Of a stretch of DNA of 64,000 nt, positions 1 to 8,913 are shown piece by piece (positions within the stretch are counted from its first letter, which is position 1; every line of letters begins with the position of its first letter). The position numbers were made by a program, and so were the translations under genes. The notes below the pieces were generated by a model, which did no database searches, was not told the DNA's origin, and saw only the letters and a program-made list of their open reading frames with translations. This DNA comes from an uncultured virus (IMG/VR IMGVR_UViG_3300020166_000012) (taxonomy: Duplodnaviria > Heunggongvirae > Uroviricota > Caudoviricetes), in the IMG/VR virus record IMGVR_UViG_3300020166_000012; one strand, 5' to 3'.

Positions 1-270
1 TAGTGCATAACCAGATGGTGCAAAGTTATTATTTGCAGTTATAGTGTTTGATCTATACGCGATCATCCGGTTAACTCCACTTCCACTTTCACACCTGTCG
101 ATCCTAAATGTCAGCCCCATCAAAAACACTTGAAACTTCTCCATAGCATCAGGTAGCTAAATCCTTATCTACTTCATCGAATATAGGTCGTCACCTATCA
201 AGTGCTTATGGTGGAGCTGTCGGGATTCGCACCCGAGTCCAGTATGTGTCCACGTCGCTTCAACGTTAAC
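1..270 (-). ncRNA. ssrA: two-piece (circularly permuted) tmRNA gene, 3'-truncated at window edge
   Basis: Minus strand: acceptor piece ...GAC TCGGG TGCGAAT CCCGA CAGCTCCACCA (CCA ends at 209), 90-nt intervening segment, then GGGGCTG...GATCGAC (starts 118); G3:U70 pair; tag frame 36->1 = ANNNFAPSGYAL. 5' end (about 270) approximate. Confidence 0.92.
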
Positions 271-359
271 AAAGATACTTATAAAAATTTAATGCAAGTT
301 GTAACTTATAATTTTATAATAATCAATTATGTGTTAATTATGTGACAATATAATGTATA

Positions 360-381
360 AAGGGGGATTATCTCCCCCCTT
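360..381 (-). terminator. intrinsic terminator
   Basis: GGGGGA-GATAA-TCCCCC stem-loop followed by a T-rich tract, downstream of ORF 416..793. Confidence 0.6.
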
Positions 382-415
382 ATGTTTTCAAGCTATTTTA
401 ATAGTAAGTATCGAA

Positions 416-793
416 TTACTTAAACATGTATTTAGCTGTTGATGTAGATGCTTTATACATTTTACCATCTGCACCACATTGATAAACATATGGGTATTTT
501 GGCGAACGAGGTTTAAATGCAAGTAGCTTATCGCCATTAGAATTTACAAATTTAGTGATACCATCAAGACGCGCAAACATTTCGAGGTTTTTTTGATCGT
601 GTGATTTAGCCCCTTTAATTTTTGCATTAACTTTGATTTTAACATCATCTACATCAAAAGACATATGTCCTACTTCAATATCAAGATTTGCTTTTGATGC
701 ATACTTATTCATTACTTCTTGCAGTTCAGCACGAAGAGCCCGACAAGTTGCACGATCAAATTTTGTGAATTTTGTTTTAGTCATAGTAGTCAT
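416..793 (-). CDS. hypothetical early protein
   Basis: 125-aa ORF with GAGG RBS and upstream sigma70-like promoter. Confidence 0.75.
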   Translation of the reverse strand: MTTMTKTKFTKFDRATCRALRAELQEVMNKYASKANLDIEVGHMSFDVDDVKIKVNAKIKGAKSHDQKNLEMFARLDGITKFVNSNGDKLLAFKPRSPKYPYVYQCGADGKMYKASTSTAKYMFK

Positions 794-826
794 GATATAT
801 TCCTCTTTGTTTTCATCTTATACACC

Positions 827-855
827 TTTATAGCATATAAGAAAAGGAATGTAAA
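827..855 (-). promoter_or_regulatory. early sigma70-type promoter
   Basis: TTTACA-17 bp-TATAAA with TGn extension; motif recurs before many genes. Confidence 0.7.
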
Positions 856-913
856 CAGTTAATTTGCAATTTTATAATTTTTTTTAAAAATTCACGATAA
901 TGTGTTATTTTAG

Positions 914-1207
914 TTACAACTCATTATCGTGAATATAAAGTTGAATAAGAGCATAGTGCAATACTTTCATTAGATCCTTACGAGCATCATCTCGTGATCC
1001 TTTTTTGCCATATCTATTAGAATACTTATCTACATTGCCCATGCAAAAACCGGTTCCATGCCCACGTTCAATAATAACTTCGGTTGATTGAAATTTGCTT
1101 TGTGAATAATGTCCGGAATATGTTTTATCAATATACTCTCGGAACTCATTAATAAGTTCACCTTCTTTAAATTTATAATCAATTTTTTCCTGGATCTTAT
1201 TCATCAA
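914..1207 (-). CDS. DUF3310-like protein
   Basis: HY...GFCMGNVDKYSNRYGKK...DLMK motif. Confidence 0.7.
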   Translation of the reverse strand: MMNKIQEKIDYKFKEGELINEFREYIDKTYSGHYSQSKFQSTEVIIERGHGTGFCMGNVDKYSNRYGKKGSRDDARKDLMKVLHYALIQLYIHDNEL

Positions 1208-1233
1208 AACACCTTTACGTTTTCTATTCTATA

Positions 1234-1437
1234 TTATACCATATTCTGACGCGCGCGTAAATCAAAATAATACGGATTAAGATTTAATGCTTTGGACTGT
1301 TCTTTTGCTTTTTCTTCGGATCTGCATGTTGTAATACAATAACCCGTTGAGCCACCAAGTTTAATTTCCCATCGAGATTCCCCATTAGGAGTTAATGTTT
1401 TAAAGACACGAAAATCGTTTCGTAGAGATGCTTTCAT
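1234..1437 (-). CDS. hypothetical protein
   Basis: 67-aa ORF in tightly packed operon. Confidence 0.6.
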   Translation of the reverse strand: MKASLRNDFRVFKTLTPNGESRWEIKLGGSTGYCITTCRSEEKAKEQSKALNLNPYYFDLRARQNMV

Positions 1438-1449
1438 AATATATTCTTT

Positions 1450-1686
1450 CTATAAGATTTCCATGCCAGTAAAATATTCTTGCTTCCACCCGCAAGCTTT
1501 AGCATAAGCTTCAACAATTTCACTATATTCTGCGGTTGCCCACATGCCAGCTTTAAGAGCCCATTGTTTCATATCCATTTGAATTGCACTTGATTGTTCC
1601 CCTTGAACCGGTTGTGCTTGATGAATACGAATCAATTCATCAGTGATCGCCGCGGCATAAAGGTTATGATAGATTGGTTGTTTCAT
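1450..1686 (-). CDS. hypothetical protein
   Basis: 78-aa ORF, GGAG RBS. Confidence 0.6.
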   Translation of the reverse strand: MKQPIYHNLYAAAITDELIRIHQAQPVQGEQSSAIQMDMKQWALKAGMWATAEYSEIVEAYAKACGWKQEYFTGMEIL

Positions 1687-1688
1687 TA

Positions 1689-1979
1689 TTATACTCCCAA
1701 ATAATCGGTTTTTAGAATTTCGAGTTGCCCAATAGCGTTTGGATAACGAGTGAGTAAATTTTCAGTATTGTCTAGCAAGTCGTCACGTAAAACATCTAAG
1801 CAGTCTATGATATATGATCGGGTATATACAAAACATTCATTGTACATATCAGCTTCAACAAAAGCCCAATTGATTTTGTTATTATAATCAAAATTCTCGC
1901 GAAGAAAAATCGCGGTATTAAAAGCTTCGACTACATCATTTTTGATGGCCGAACCATTTGCTAGATGATAGATTGTCAT
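1689..1979 (-). CDS. hypothetical early protein
   Basis: Start reassigned to ATG 1979 (AAGGA RBS, early promoter at about 2007-2036). Confidence 0.65.
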   Translation of the reverse strand: MTIYHLANGSAIKNDVVEAFNTAIFLRENFDYNNKINWAFVEADMYNECFVYTRSYIIDCLDVLRDDLLDNTENLLTRYPNAIGQLEILKTDYLGV

Positions 1980-2062
1980 ACTGATTCCTTTATTTAGTAT
2001 ATAATTAATATAACATATATACAAATAAATGTAAACAGCTAAGCGCAATTAAATATTATTTT

Positions 2063-2305
2063 TTAATCATATCCTAAAACTGCGACATATTTGCGCTCAT
2101 TATCTAATAATTCATTTTCGCGGATTTTCCAAGCAAGCTCAAATCCAGATTCGTGGATATAATTTTCATTATTTCCCCAAAGTCTTTCGAAATATGAATG
2201 ATAAAGTTTTTCAACTTCTTGATCTGTCCAAGATGTATCAATAAGTTTGCCTTTAACTAACCAATTAAATCGATTAGCTTCTTTACGTACATATGCTGTA
2301 CACAT
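2063..2305 (-). CDS. hypothetical protein
   Basis: 80-aa ORF, AGGGG RBS, TATAAATA at 2333-2340. Confidence 0.65.
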   Translation of the reverse strand: MCTAYVRKEANRFNWLVKGKLIDTSWTDQEVEKLYHSYFERLWGNNENYIHESGFELAWKIRENELLDNERKYVAVLGYD

Positions 2306-2395
2306 TGCAAATCCCCTTATGGTGTATAAAATTATTTATATAGAAGGGGCCCTTATGTTAGCGCTAGCAAATAATGATAACGCTAACATAAAAGA

Positions 2396-2494
2396 TTAGT
2401 ATAATCCACCCGGAATAAAATAAAAGTCAATTAATATAAGAAATAGTCCAAGCATTACACCTTGCACAAGAGTTTTTATTGTGGTTGTATTCAT
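2396..2494 (-). CDS. small membrane peptide (32 aa)
   Basis: MNTTTIKTLVQGVMLGLFLILIDFYFIPGGLY; not in ORF track. Confidence 0.45.
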   Translation of the reverse strand: MNTTTIKTLVQGVMLGLFLILIDFYFIPGGLY

Positions 2495-2508
2495 ATTATA
2501 TTTTCCAA

Positions 2509-3003
2509 TCATTTATAAAATATATGACTATCAATTTGTTTAGTCACTTTGAAAGATGCTGACCAATATGGGTTAACATAATCAGCATGATAAAATAAAG
2601 CGCCTGCAGTGGGGTCATTTTTATTAAAAGCATAATCATATAATACTGCATGCGAAACTTGCTTAGCTTTTTCCCAAGCTTGGGAATTTTTTGGGTTGTC
2701 AGATTTTCCGTCATGAGTCCAGCTAAACTGTTTATTTTGCCATACAACACCACAGATAGTATTCGGAAACTTTTTAGAATTAACTCTATTTAATGTTACC
2801 CAAACTACTGATGCTTGCCCAAGCACACTTTGATTTCTAGCTTCAAAATATACATTTTGCTGCAAACAATGTATTTCTTTATTTGAAAACGACTTAACGA
2901 ATTCCTTTGCTTCGGCCTGCTGAATTGAAATATATCCGCCAATACACATTGCTGAAGCTAATGCGGTATTAGTAACTCCGGATAAAATGTTAGATATTTT
3001 CAT
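2509..3003 (-). CDS. cell wall hydrolase (SleB/Hydrolase_2 family)
   Basis: CLxxNVYFEAR, NRV...FPNTICGVV, QFSW, GALFYHA...HIFY; N-terminal signal-like segment. Confidence 0.9.
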   Translation of the reverse strand: MKISNILSGVTNTALASAMCIGGYISIQQAEAKEFVKSFSNKEIHCLQQNVYFEARNQSVLGQASVVWVTLNRVNSKKFPNTICGVVWQNKQFSWTHDGKSDNPKNSQAWEKAKQVSHAVLYDYAFNKNDPTAGALFYHADYVNPYWSASFKVTKQIDSHIFYK

Positions 3004-3086
3004 TAAACTGCCTCACTTTTTTCATTATATAATTTATAACACATAATAAAACAAATGTAAACCCCTAAAATACATTTAATTAAAAA

Positions 3087-3311
3087 TTAATCATCAGTTT
3101 TTCCTACCATGCGATTTTCCATCGAGCTTTTAATATCAAGCACAGTTTCTTGTTCAATTATTTTAATAATAGTATTTGTGACATCAATATCTTTTTGAAT
3201 GAAAAACATTTTCATTTGTAGTTTTTTTAGTTCTTCTGTATAAAATTCGAGTTCTTTTTCTTTGCGAATTTTTTGCTCAAGAATATCGGTTATTTGAATA
3301 AGTTCAACCAT
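3087..3311 (-). CDS. hypothetical coiled-coil protein
   Basis: 74-aa ORF, RKEKELEFY. Confidence 0.65.
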   Translation of the reverse strand: MVELIQITDILEQKIRKEKELEFYTEELKKLQMKMFFIQKDIDVTNTIIKIIEQETVLDIKSSMENRMVGKTDD

Positions 3312-3360
3312 TAAATAATTTTATCCCTATTTTAATTTAGTTCACAAAATAAAATGTTTA

Positions 3361-3606
3361 TTACAATATTAACATTAAAAGGGTACCAACAACAACACCC
3401 ATTACAAAACCAGGTGGAACAAATAATGTAGTTTCTTTTTTAGGCAGTTCAGCTTTAATATGATTAGATGGGCTGGGCGAGCTTAAATAACTTTGATATT
3501 GTTTAGGTGTTATTAATTTTACCTTATCAACAGACTTAACATATTGCTGTCTAGATTTGAGCTGTGATAATGTTGATATTGGAGGAGGAGTTACATTTAT
3601 ATGCAT
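3361..3606 (-). CDS. hypothetical protein with C-terminal TM helix
   Basis: 81 aa, hydrophobic C-terminus. Confidence 0.55.
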   Translation of the reverse strand: MHINVTPPPISTLSQLKSRQQYVKSVDKVKLITPKQYQSYLSSPSPSNHIKAELPKKETTLFVPPGFVMGVVVGTLLMLIL

Positions 3607-3723
3607 TTACCGAGATTTACCCTGCCCTCGATATTTTTTATAACCACGTTTTTTATTTTTATTCATAGATGAGGTCGAAACATTTTTGAGACCCTGTGAT
3701 GATTTTTTATTGCCAATAGCCAT
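3607..3723 (-). CDS. small basic protein (38 aa)
   Basis: MAIGNKKSSQG...KKYRGQGKSR; AGGA RBS; abuts next start; not in ORF track. Confidence 0.65.
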   Translation of the reverse strand: MAIGNKKSSQGLKNVSTSSMNKNKKRGYKKYRGQGKSR

Positions 3724-3739
3724 TTTATATTTTCCTTAT

Positions 3740-5104
3740 TTAAATTTTAAAATCTTTGAACCGATCAGCGGTATGTGTCTTATCAAAAGTTGGTGTGTCG
3801 TCAGTAAGTGTTTGTTCATTTTCATCAATATCAAATAATTTCATTTTTGATCTATCGACACCAATTACAAATCGTTTTTTATATGATGGATCATTATATC
3901 TATTCTTCAATTGTTTAACTGCAATTTGACCCATTGATTCAAGTTCTTCAGTAGAAAGCAAAGCAAACATTAGATCAGCAGTTGCAGGCAAACCAAAAGA
4001 TTCGGATGTATCAGTTAAATCAATATCACTACTTCCATAACCGCTACGAGTTGTTTGTGTTGCAGAAACAACTGGAAGATTAAATTCCATTGCTAAGCCG
4101 CGAAGTTCTTCAGCAATTGATTTAATAAGTGTATATGAATTTATATTACCACCAGCTTTCATTCTAGCAGAAGCACAAATATTGAGATAATCAATATAGA
4201 TAATATCCGGTATGAAAGACTTTTTAAGTTTCAATTCATTAAGTAGTGCTCTGAAGTGTGAAGCGTTTGCTTGACCTGTCGGATATTCCTTAATAATCAA
4301 TTTACCATTAGTGCGGCTAGATACTCGATGTACTCTTTCTGCAAACATTGATCTGGTCAGTGTTGGCAATTGATCCATCGGAAGATCTAACAAATTCGCA
4401 TCAATGCGCTCTGCTACACGCTCTTCTGCCATTTCCATAGTAAGATACAAAACATTTTTTCCGGCAGTAAGGTTTGCGGCGGCGCAGTGGCACATGAAAA
4501 GAGATTTGCCCACACCAGTACCGGCCAAAATAATATTAAGAGTTTTATTTGGAAGACCGCCATTTGTAATTGCATTGAAATATGATAAATCGAATGGCAA
4601 TTTTTCTTCATCCCGATGATAGAATTCATACCGTTCATCAACATTTTCAATATAGTCATGGCCAATATTCGTATCAAATGAAACACCGAGTGCTTTGCTA
4701 AGAATATCCGGTAAAGCATTTTTAGTTAGTGTGTCATGTTTACCGTCAATAATACTAATAGATTCCATTACCGCAATAAACAATGCTCTATCTTGGCACC
4801 ACTTTTCGGTAGTGTCATAAAGCCATTGCCCATCAACAGTTTCTTCACTAAACAATGAAGGCAAAATTTCTACTGCATGGCTATGTTGTTCTGCGTTAAA
4901 TGAAGTGCTTTGATCAAGTTCAATTTTAAATGATTCGAGTGTTGGCAATTTATTATATTGCCCAACAAATTTACCTACTTCTTTAAATAATTGCTTATAG
5001 GTTCCTTCAAAATAATCTGGTTGAATAAATGGAAGAACTTTACGCATAAAGTCTTCATTCACAATAATATTTTTAATAATAAGTTGTTCAATATTAATAG
5101 TCAT
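3740..5104 (-). CDS. gp41: T4-like replicative DNA helicase gp41
   Basis: LAGTGVGKS Walker A, IDYLNI, SATQTTR, SESFGLPATAD, QLKNRY. Confidence 0.97.
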   Translation of the reverse strand: MTINIEQLIIKNIIVNEDFMRKVLPFIQPDYFEGTYKQLFKEVGKFVGQYNKLPTLESFKIELDQSTSFNAEQHSHAVEILPSLFSEETVDGQWLYDTTEKWCQDRALFIAVMESISIIDGKHDTLTKNALPDILSKALGVSFDTNIGHDYIENVDERYEFYHRDEEKLPFDLSYFNAITNGGLPNKTLNIILAGTGVGKSLFMCHCAAANLTAGKNVLYLTMEMAEERVAERIDANLLDLPMDQLPTLTRSMFAERVHRVSSRTNGKLIIKEYPTGQANASHFRALLNELKLKKSFIPDIIYIDYLNICASARMKAGGNINSYTLIKSIAEELRGLAMEFNLPVVSATQTTRSGYGSSDIDLTDTSESFGLPATADLMFALLSTEELESMGQIAVKQLKNRYNDPSYKKRFVIGVDRSKMKLFDIDENEQTLTDDTPTFDKTHTADRFKDFKI

Positions 5105-5107
5105 GAA

Positions 5108-5521
5108 TTATTGTAGATTTCCTTCTTCGCGCATTTTAGCGCGGATTTTGGTTGCAGAAATATTATGTATTGCTTCGCCTAAGTCGTGTTCAGTAAAAGT
5201 ATAACCAACACCTCGACCATAGCTAATGTCTACAATGTTTGGTACTTTCATAATAACATATTCTGTACCCTTTGTAAACCCTGCATTGTGCAATCCATCC
5301 TCAATAGCATCACAAACATAATCATAATAAAATGGATTATCATCTTGAGCAGCGGTGCGCCCACCTCCAGCATCCTCACCGATAATGCCTTCAACGTCAC
5401 GTACCATAATAATAACTTGACCAGTTTCAGCAAATGCTTTCTTAAATAGTGCTGTGTGGCCATCATGCCATGGTTGCCAACGACCAAGCATCTGTGCTGT
5501 CGGTTTTTTCCAATCAAACAT
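5108..5521 (-). CDS. HxGH nucleotidyltransferase (cytidylyltransferase-like)
   Basis: GRWQPWHDGH and ISATKIR motifs. Confidence 0.8.
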   Translation of the reverse strand: MFDWKKPTAQMLGRWQPWHDGHTALFKKAFAETGQVIIMVRDVEGIIGEDAGGGRTAAQDDNPFYYDYVCDAIEDGLHNAGFTKGTEYVIMKVPNIVDISYGRGVGYTFTEHDLGEAIHNISATKIRAKMREEGNLQ

Positions 5522-5957
5522 TTTTTACTTCTCCGGTTAAATTAATATGCCTATGAATAGCATCAACCAATGTTTCGTCTGTATCATCAAACCAAGCCGA
5601 AACGTGATAATTTACTTCAGCTGCTTTTGGATTTTGAAATAATTTATTAGTATCACTAAATCGACCTTTAGCAATAGTATCCATCCATACCGTATAATCG
5701 GCATTAAATATATCCCGAGTAATTTCCAATGGACATACAAAATCGCAAATAACAATTCGGTCAGTATTAACTTCATAATCAGCAATATTTTTCATTCGAT
5801 ATGCTTGCCGCAAACGAGCAGCTTCACTAAATTCCCAATCATTAGCCATTTTGCGAATTTCATCGGCATTAAACCAGGCACAATTCAATCGCTTCTGCAA
5901 TCTTTCGGCTAGCCATGTTTTACCAGATCCGGGTAAACCCATAATTAAAATTTTCAT
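5514..5957 (-). CDS. adenylylsulfate-kinase-like P-loop kinase (CysC-like)
   Basis: GLPGSGKT, FNADEIR, DFVCP, FQNP. Confidence 0.75.
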   Translation of the reverse strand: MKILIMGLPGSGKTWLAERLQKRLNCAWFNADEIRKMANDWEFSEAARLRQAYRMKNIADYEVNTDRIVICDFVCPLEITRDIFNADYTVWMDTIAKGRFSDTNKLFQNPKAAEVNYHVSAWFDDTDETLVDAIHRHINLTGEVKNV

Positions 5958-5967
5958 TTTTATACCT

Positions 5968-6267
5968 TTAATTTACATCTTCTATAAGAGCTTCATCATT
6001 TATAATTGCCTGCTCAATAACTGAAACTAAGATATCACCCGCAACAATATTAAAATCAGGACCTTCTTTTAATCCATCTATTGGGCTGCTTACAATACTA
6101 TATTCAAATTGTAATTTGGGATCTTTATCAGGGGTAGTATCATCTATTCGAACTTTACCAAATCGCAAAACAGTTTCAATATAATCCCCCCGTAAAATAC
6201 GTATCAACCAATGTTTATCACTAGTGTCTGGAATTAGTTCATAATCAATTTTTTCTTCGTATTTCAT
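5968..6267 (-). CDS. hypothetical protein (gp40 position)
   Basis: 99 aa directly downstream of uvsX, where T4 has gp40. Confidence 0.55.
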   Translation of the reverse strand: MKYEEKIDYELIPDTSDKHWLIRILRGDYIETVLRFGKVRIDDTTPDKDPKLQFEYSIVSSPIDGLKEGPDFNIVAGDILVSVIEQAIINDEALIEDVN

Positions 6268-7313
6268 TATTCACCTACAATTTCATCCATAGAAACTACA
6301 TCTTTATGGCCGATAGTAAATTGCTTTTTAATAAACTCTTTAAAGTCTGTTTCTGCCATAATACGTGTCCAGAAAGGCTCTTGTAATGTATCAGCAGCAC
6401 GGGCTTTATTAGTAAGAACTTCTCCATCAGCTGGATTAACCCCTTCGTACCAGCCATTAGATGGCTTACGTGCATATCCGCCAGCAATAGCAACTTCTAA
6501 CAATCCAGAATAAGGTTCAACGCCACCCTCCCATGATACCGAGATAGGAATTTTGGATTTTTCTTTGACGGAACGAGACTTTTCAATATTAATAACAAAA
6601 TCATATCCAGTAACTTCTGTACCAGTTTTATTCTGCCGGCGCCCAAGGATCCAAATATCATTTGCTGAATAGTAAATTCCCGTACCACCCGAAACAATAG
6701 CCTTTGGAAATAATCCAATCTCTTGATATGTGTGATTAACAGCCAACATTGAAATATCTTTCATAGCTAGATATGGGGTACACATACGAAACAAACTTTT
6801 TAGTTGTTTGGCGCGCGACATATCTGCAACAGATTTTTCATTCTGAGTATCTTCTATTTCTTTCTTTGAAGCAAGGTTACCAATTGAATCAATAACAACA
6901 ATAACATTATCTTTACGATCCATGCCTTCGAGCTGTGAAATAAGATCAAATTTTAGTTCTTCAACATTAGTAATAGGTGTATGCAAAACTCGGCTTGTAT
7001 CAATATTGAATTGTTCAAAATATGTCTGTGGTGAACCAAACTCTGAATCATAAAACAACATTACTGCATCTTTGTGTTTTTCCATATAAGCGCCGGCCAT
7101 AAGCAACGCAAAAGATGTTTTAAAATGTTTAGATGGTCCGGCAAGTACAAGAAGCCCCGGGGATAGCCCGCCATCCACAGAACCAGATAATGCAACATTT
7201 ACCATTGGTACTGATGTTGATACCATCTCTTTATTATTAAAAAAACTCGATTCTGACAACACTTCGGTTGCTTTAAGTTTTGAGTTCTTTTTTAGCTTAT
7301 CCATAATACTCAT
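6267..7313 (-). CDS. uvsX: UvsX RecA-like recombinase
   Basis: AGPSKHFKT, YDSEFG, DSIGNLASKKE, GGTG. Confidence 0.96.
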   Translation of the reverse strand: MSIMDKLKKNSKLKATEVLSESSFFNNKEMVSTSVPMVNVALSGSVDGGLSPGLLVLAGPSKHFKTSFALLMAGAYMEKHKDAVMLFYDSEFGSPQTYFEQFNIDTSRVLHTPITNVEELKFDLISQLEGMDRKDNVIVVIDSIGNLASKKEIEDTQNEKSVADMSRAKQLKSLFRMCTPYLAMKDISMLAVNHTYQEIGLFPKAIVSGGTGIYYSANDIWILGRRQNKTGTEVTGYDFVINIEKSRSVKEKSKIPISVSWEGGVEPYSGLLEVAIAGGYARKPSNGWYEGVNPADGEVLTNKARAADTLQEPFWTRIMAETDFKEFIKKQFTIGHKDVVSMDEIVGE

Positions 7314-7379
7314 TTAAATATAGTACTCCTAAAAATATTTGATTACGTTTATTATATCATGTGAGAGGTACAATGTAAA

Positions 7380-8201
7380 CTAATTATAATTTACATTTTG
7401 TTCTAATTCGCGATCATTTTTTAAATAATTTCGTCTATAATTATTATTGGCTTCAATAATATTTTCAAGTATTGGAAATTCACTTGTTTGCGATGCAAAT
7501 GCTGCAAATGCTGCTGTATCTTTTGGAAAACATGCACCACCAAATCCACGCTTATTATCAAATCCCGGAACTAATGTATGTGAGCTATTAATACGCATAT
7601 CACTTCCAATAGCAGAAATAATAGTTGAAAAATCGGCGTTAGAGCCATTTACAACATCATAGAATTGATTAAACCATAATACCTTAGATGCTAAAAAACA
7701 ATTTATCCCATATTTCACAAAGCTAGCTTCTACTCCAGTCATATGAAAACTTGGGCAAGGTTTGCAATTACTTAGTTTATTATATAGCTCTTCGAGTTGC
7801 AAAGTTTGTTCTTTATTGCCCCCAAAAATATGCATTGGAGGATTAACAAAATCTTCATTAGCATTTTTCTCTGTGAGGAATTCTGGATTATAAATTACAT
7901 TAATTGAATCTTTTTGAAGTTTTTCAATAATATCTGGTGTAACTGTTGACTTAATCACAATAAGGCCTGTAGCGTTATCTTTTAGCCAATTGACTGTTTC
8001 TTCAACAATACTTCCATCAATTGCTCCATCTTTTCCCATTGGAGTTGGAACAGCAACAAATATTAGATCAAAGTCACCCTCTCGAAGATCATCAATAGTA
8101 TTGCCATGAATAGGATCAACAATAAATTTCGGAGTATTAACAAACCCATATTCAATAGCTTTACCAACAAACCCATGCCCTACGATAGCAATCTTATTCA
8201 T
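7380..8201 (-). CDS. UDP-glucose/GDP-mannose dehydrogenase family (short form)
   Basis: GHGFVG, VPTP, KSTV, NPEFL, GFGGACFPKD. Confidence 0.88.
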   Translation of the reverse strand: MNKIAIVGHGFVGKAIEYGFVNTPKFIVDPIHGNTIDDLREGDFDLIFVAVPTPMGKDGAIDGSIVEETVNWLKDNATGLIVIKSTVTPDIIEKLQKDSINVIYNPEFLTEKNANEDFVNPPMHIFGGNKEQTLQLEELYNKLSNCKPCPSFHMTGVEASFVKYGINCFLASKVLWFNQFYDVVNGSNADFSTIISAIGSDMRINSSHTLVPGFDNKRGFGGACFPKDTAAFAAFASQTSEFPILENIIEANNNYRRNYLKNDRELEQNVNYN

Positions 8202-8241
8202 AATGCATTCTCCTTTAATTAGTATTATTATATACTATTTT

Positions 8242-8913
8242 TTAAACATTGTAAATAGATTTATAATGCTTTCTTGCTTTAATTAAATCTTTTAAATAAT
8301 CATGCGGTTTGGTTATAAAAGTTTGAGGGGCATCGCCATCTACCGTAATAAGAACAACGCTTTGTTTAATCGGAATTCCAGTTCTTTCGAAAAATGCCGC
8401 GGCATAAAATGCACATTGCATAAAATAGTTTTGAATCCATTCTTCTTTTTTGGGTTTTCTTGATGTTTTAAAATCAATAATAGAAAGTTCTCCGGCCCAT
8501 TCGCCAATACAATCAACTTGACCCGCGCATTTAAAATGATCAGAATATAGAAATTCTTCTTGAAACCAAACATTATTAATATTTGCATCAATGATAGGTT
8601 TAATGTCATTAAAAGACGCTACATTATTCGGCAAGACACCCTTTAAATAATCTTCATTATTATTCAAATAATCTTCACATATTTGATGAACTTTTGTGCC
8701 CCGCTTTGATGCTCGGGCAGAAATTTTATTAGCTTCTTCTTCGCCAACTCTTTTGCGCCATGCTTTAATACTATCTTTGCTAAGTTCACTTAATACAGTA
8801 GTAATTGAAGGATAAGTATTACCTTCTGGAGTAAAATACCGCCGCCCCTTTTCAGTTGTTTTGCGAGTAAGCTTTGGTAAAATTATTCCATGATCATAAT
8901 GTGTAATAGGCAT
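8242..8913 (-). CDS. PD-(D/E)XK exonuclease
   Basis: YPSITTVL, RGTKVH, GQVDC...IIDFKTS, QCAFY. Confidence 0.85.
   Translation of the reverse strand: MPITHYDHGIILPKLTRKTTEKGRRYFTPEGNTYPSITTVLSELSKDSIKAWRKRVGEEEANKISARASKRGTKVHQICEDYLNNNEDYLKGVLPNNVASFNDIKPIIDANINNVWFQEEFLYSDHFKCAGQVDCIGEWAGELSIIDFKTSRKPKKEEWIQNYFMQCAFYAAAFFERTGIPIKQSVVLITVDGDAPQTFITKPHDYLKDLIKARKHYKSIYNV

Noticed and set aside
209..240. tRNA-Ala gene
   Set aside because: No anticodon arm; the 5' acceptor strand lies downstream and leads into a tag frame, so it is tmRNA.
8242..8913. Cas4 / CRISPR-associated gene
   Set aside because: No four-Cys cluster pattern and no other cas genes; fits a phage PD-(D/E)XK exonuclease.
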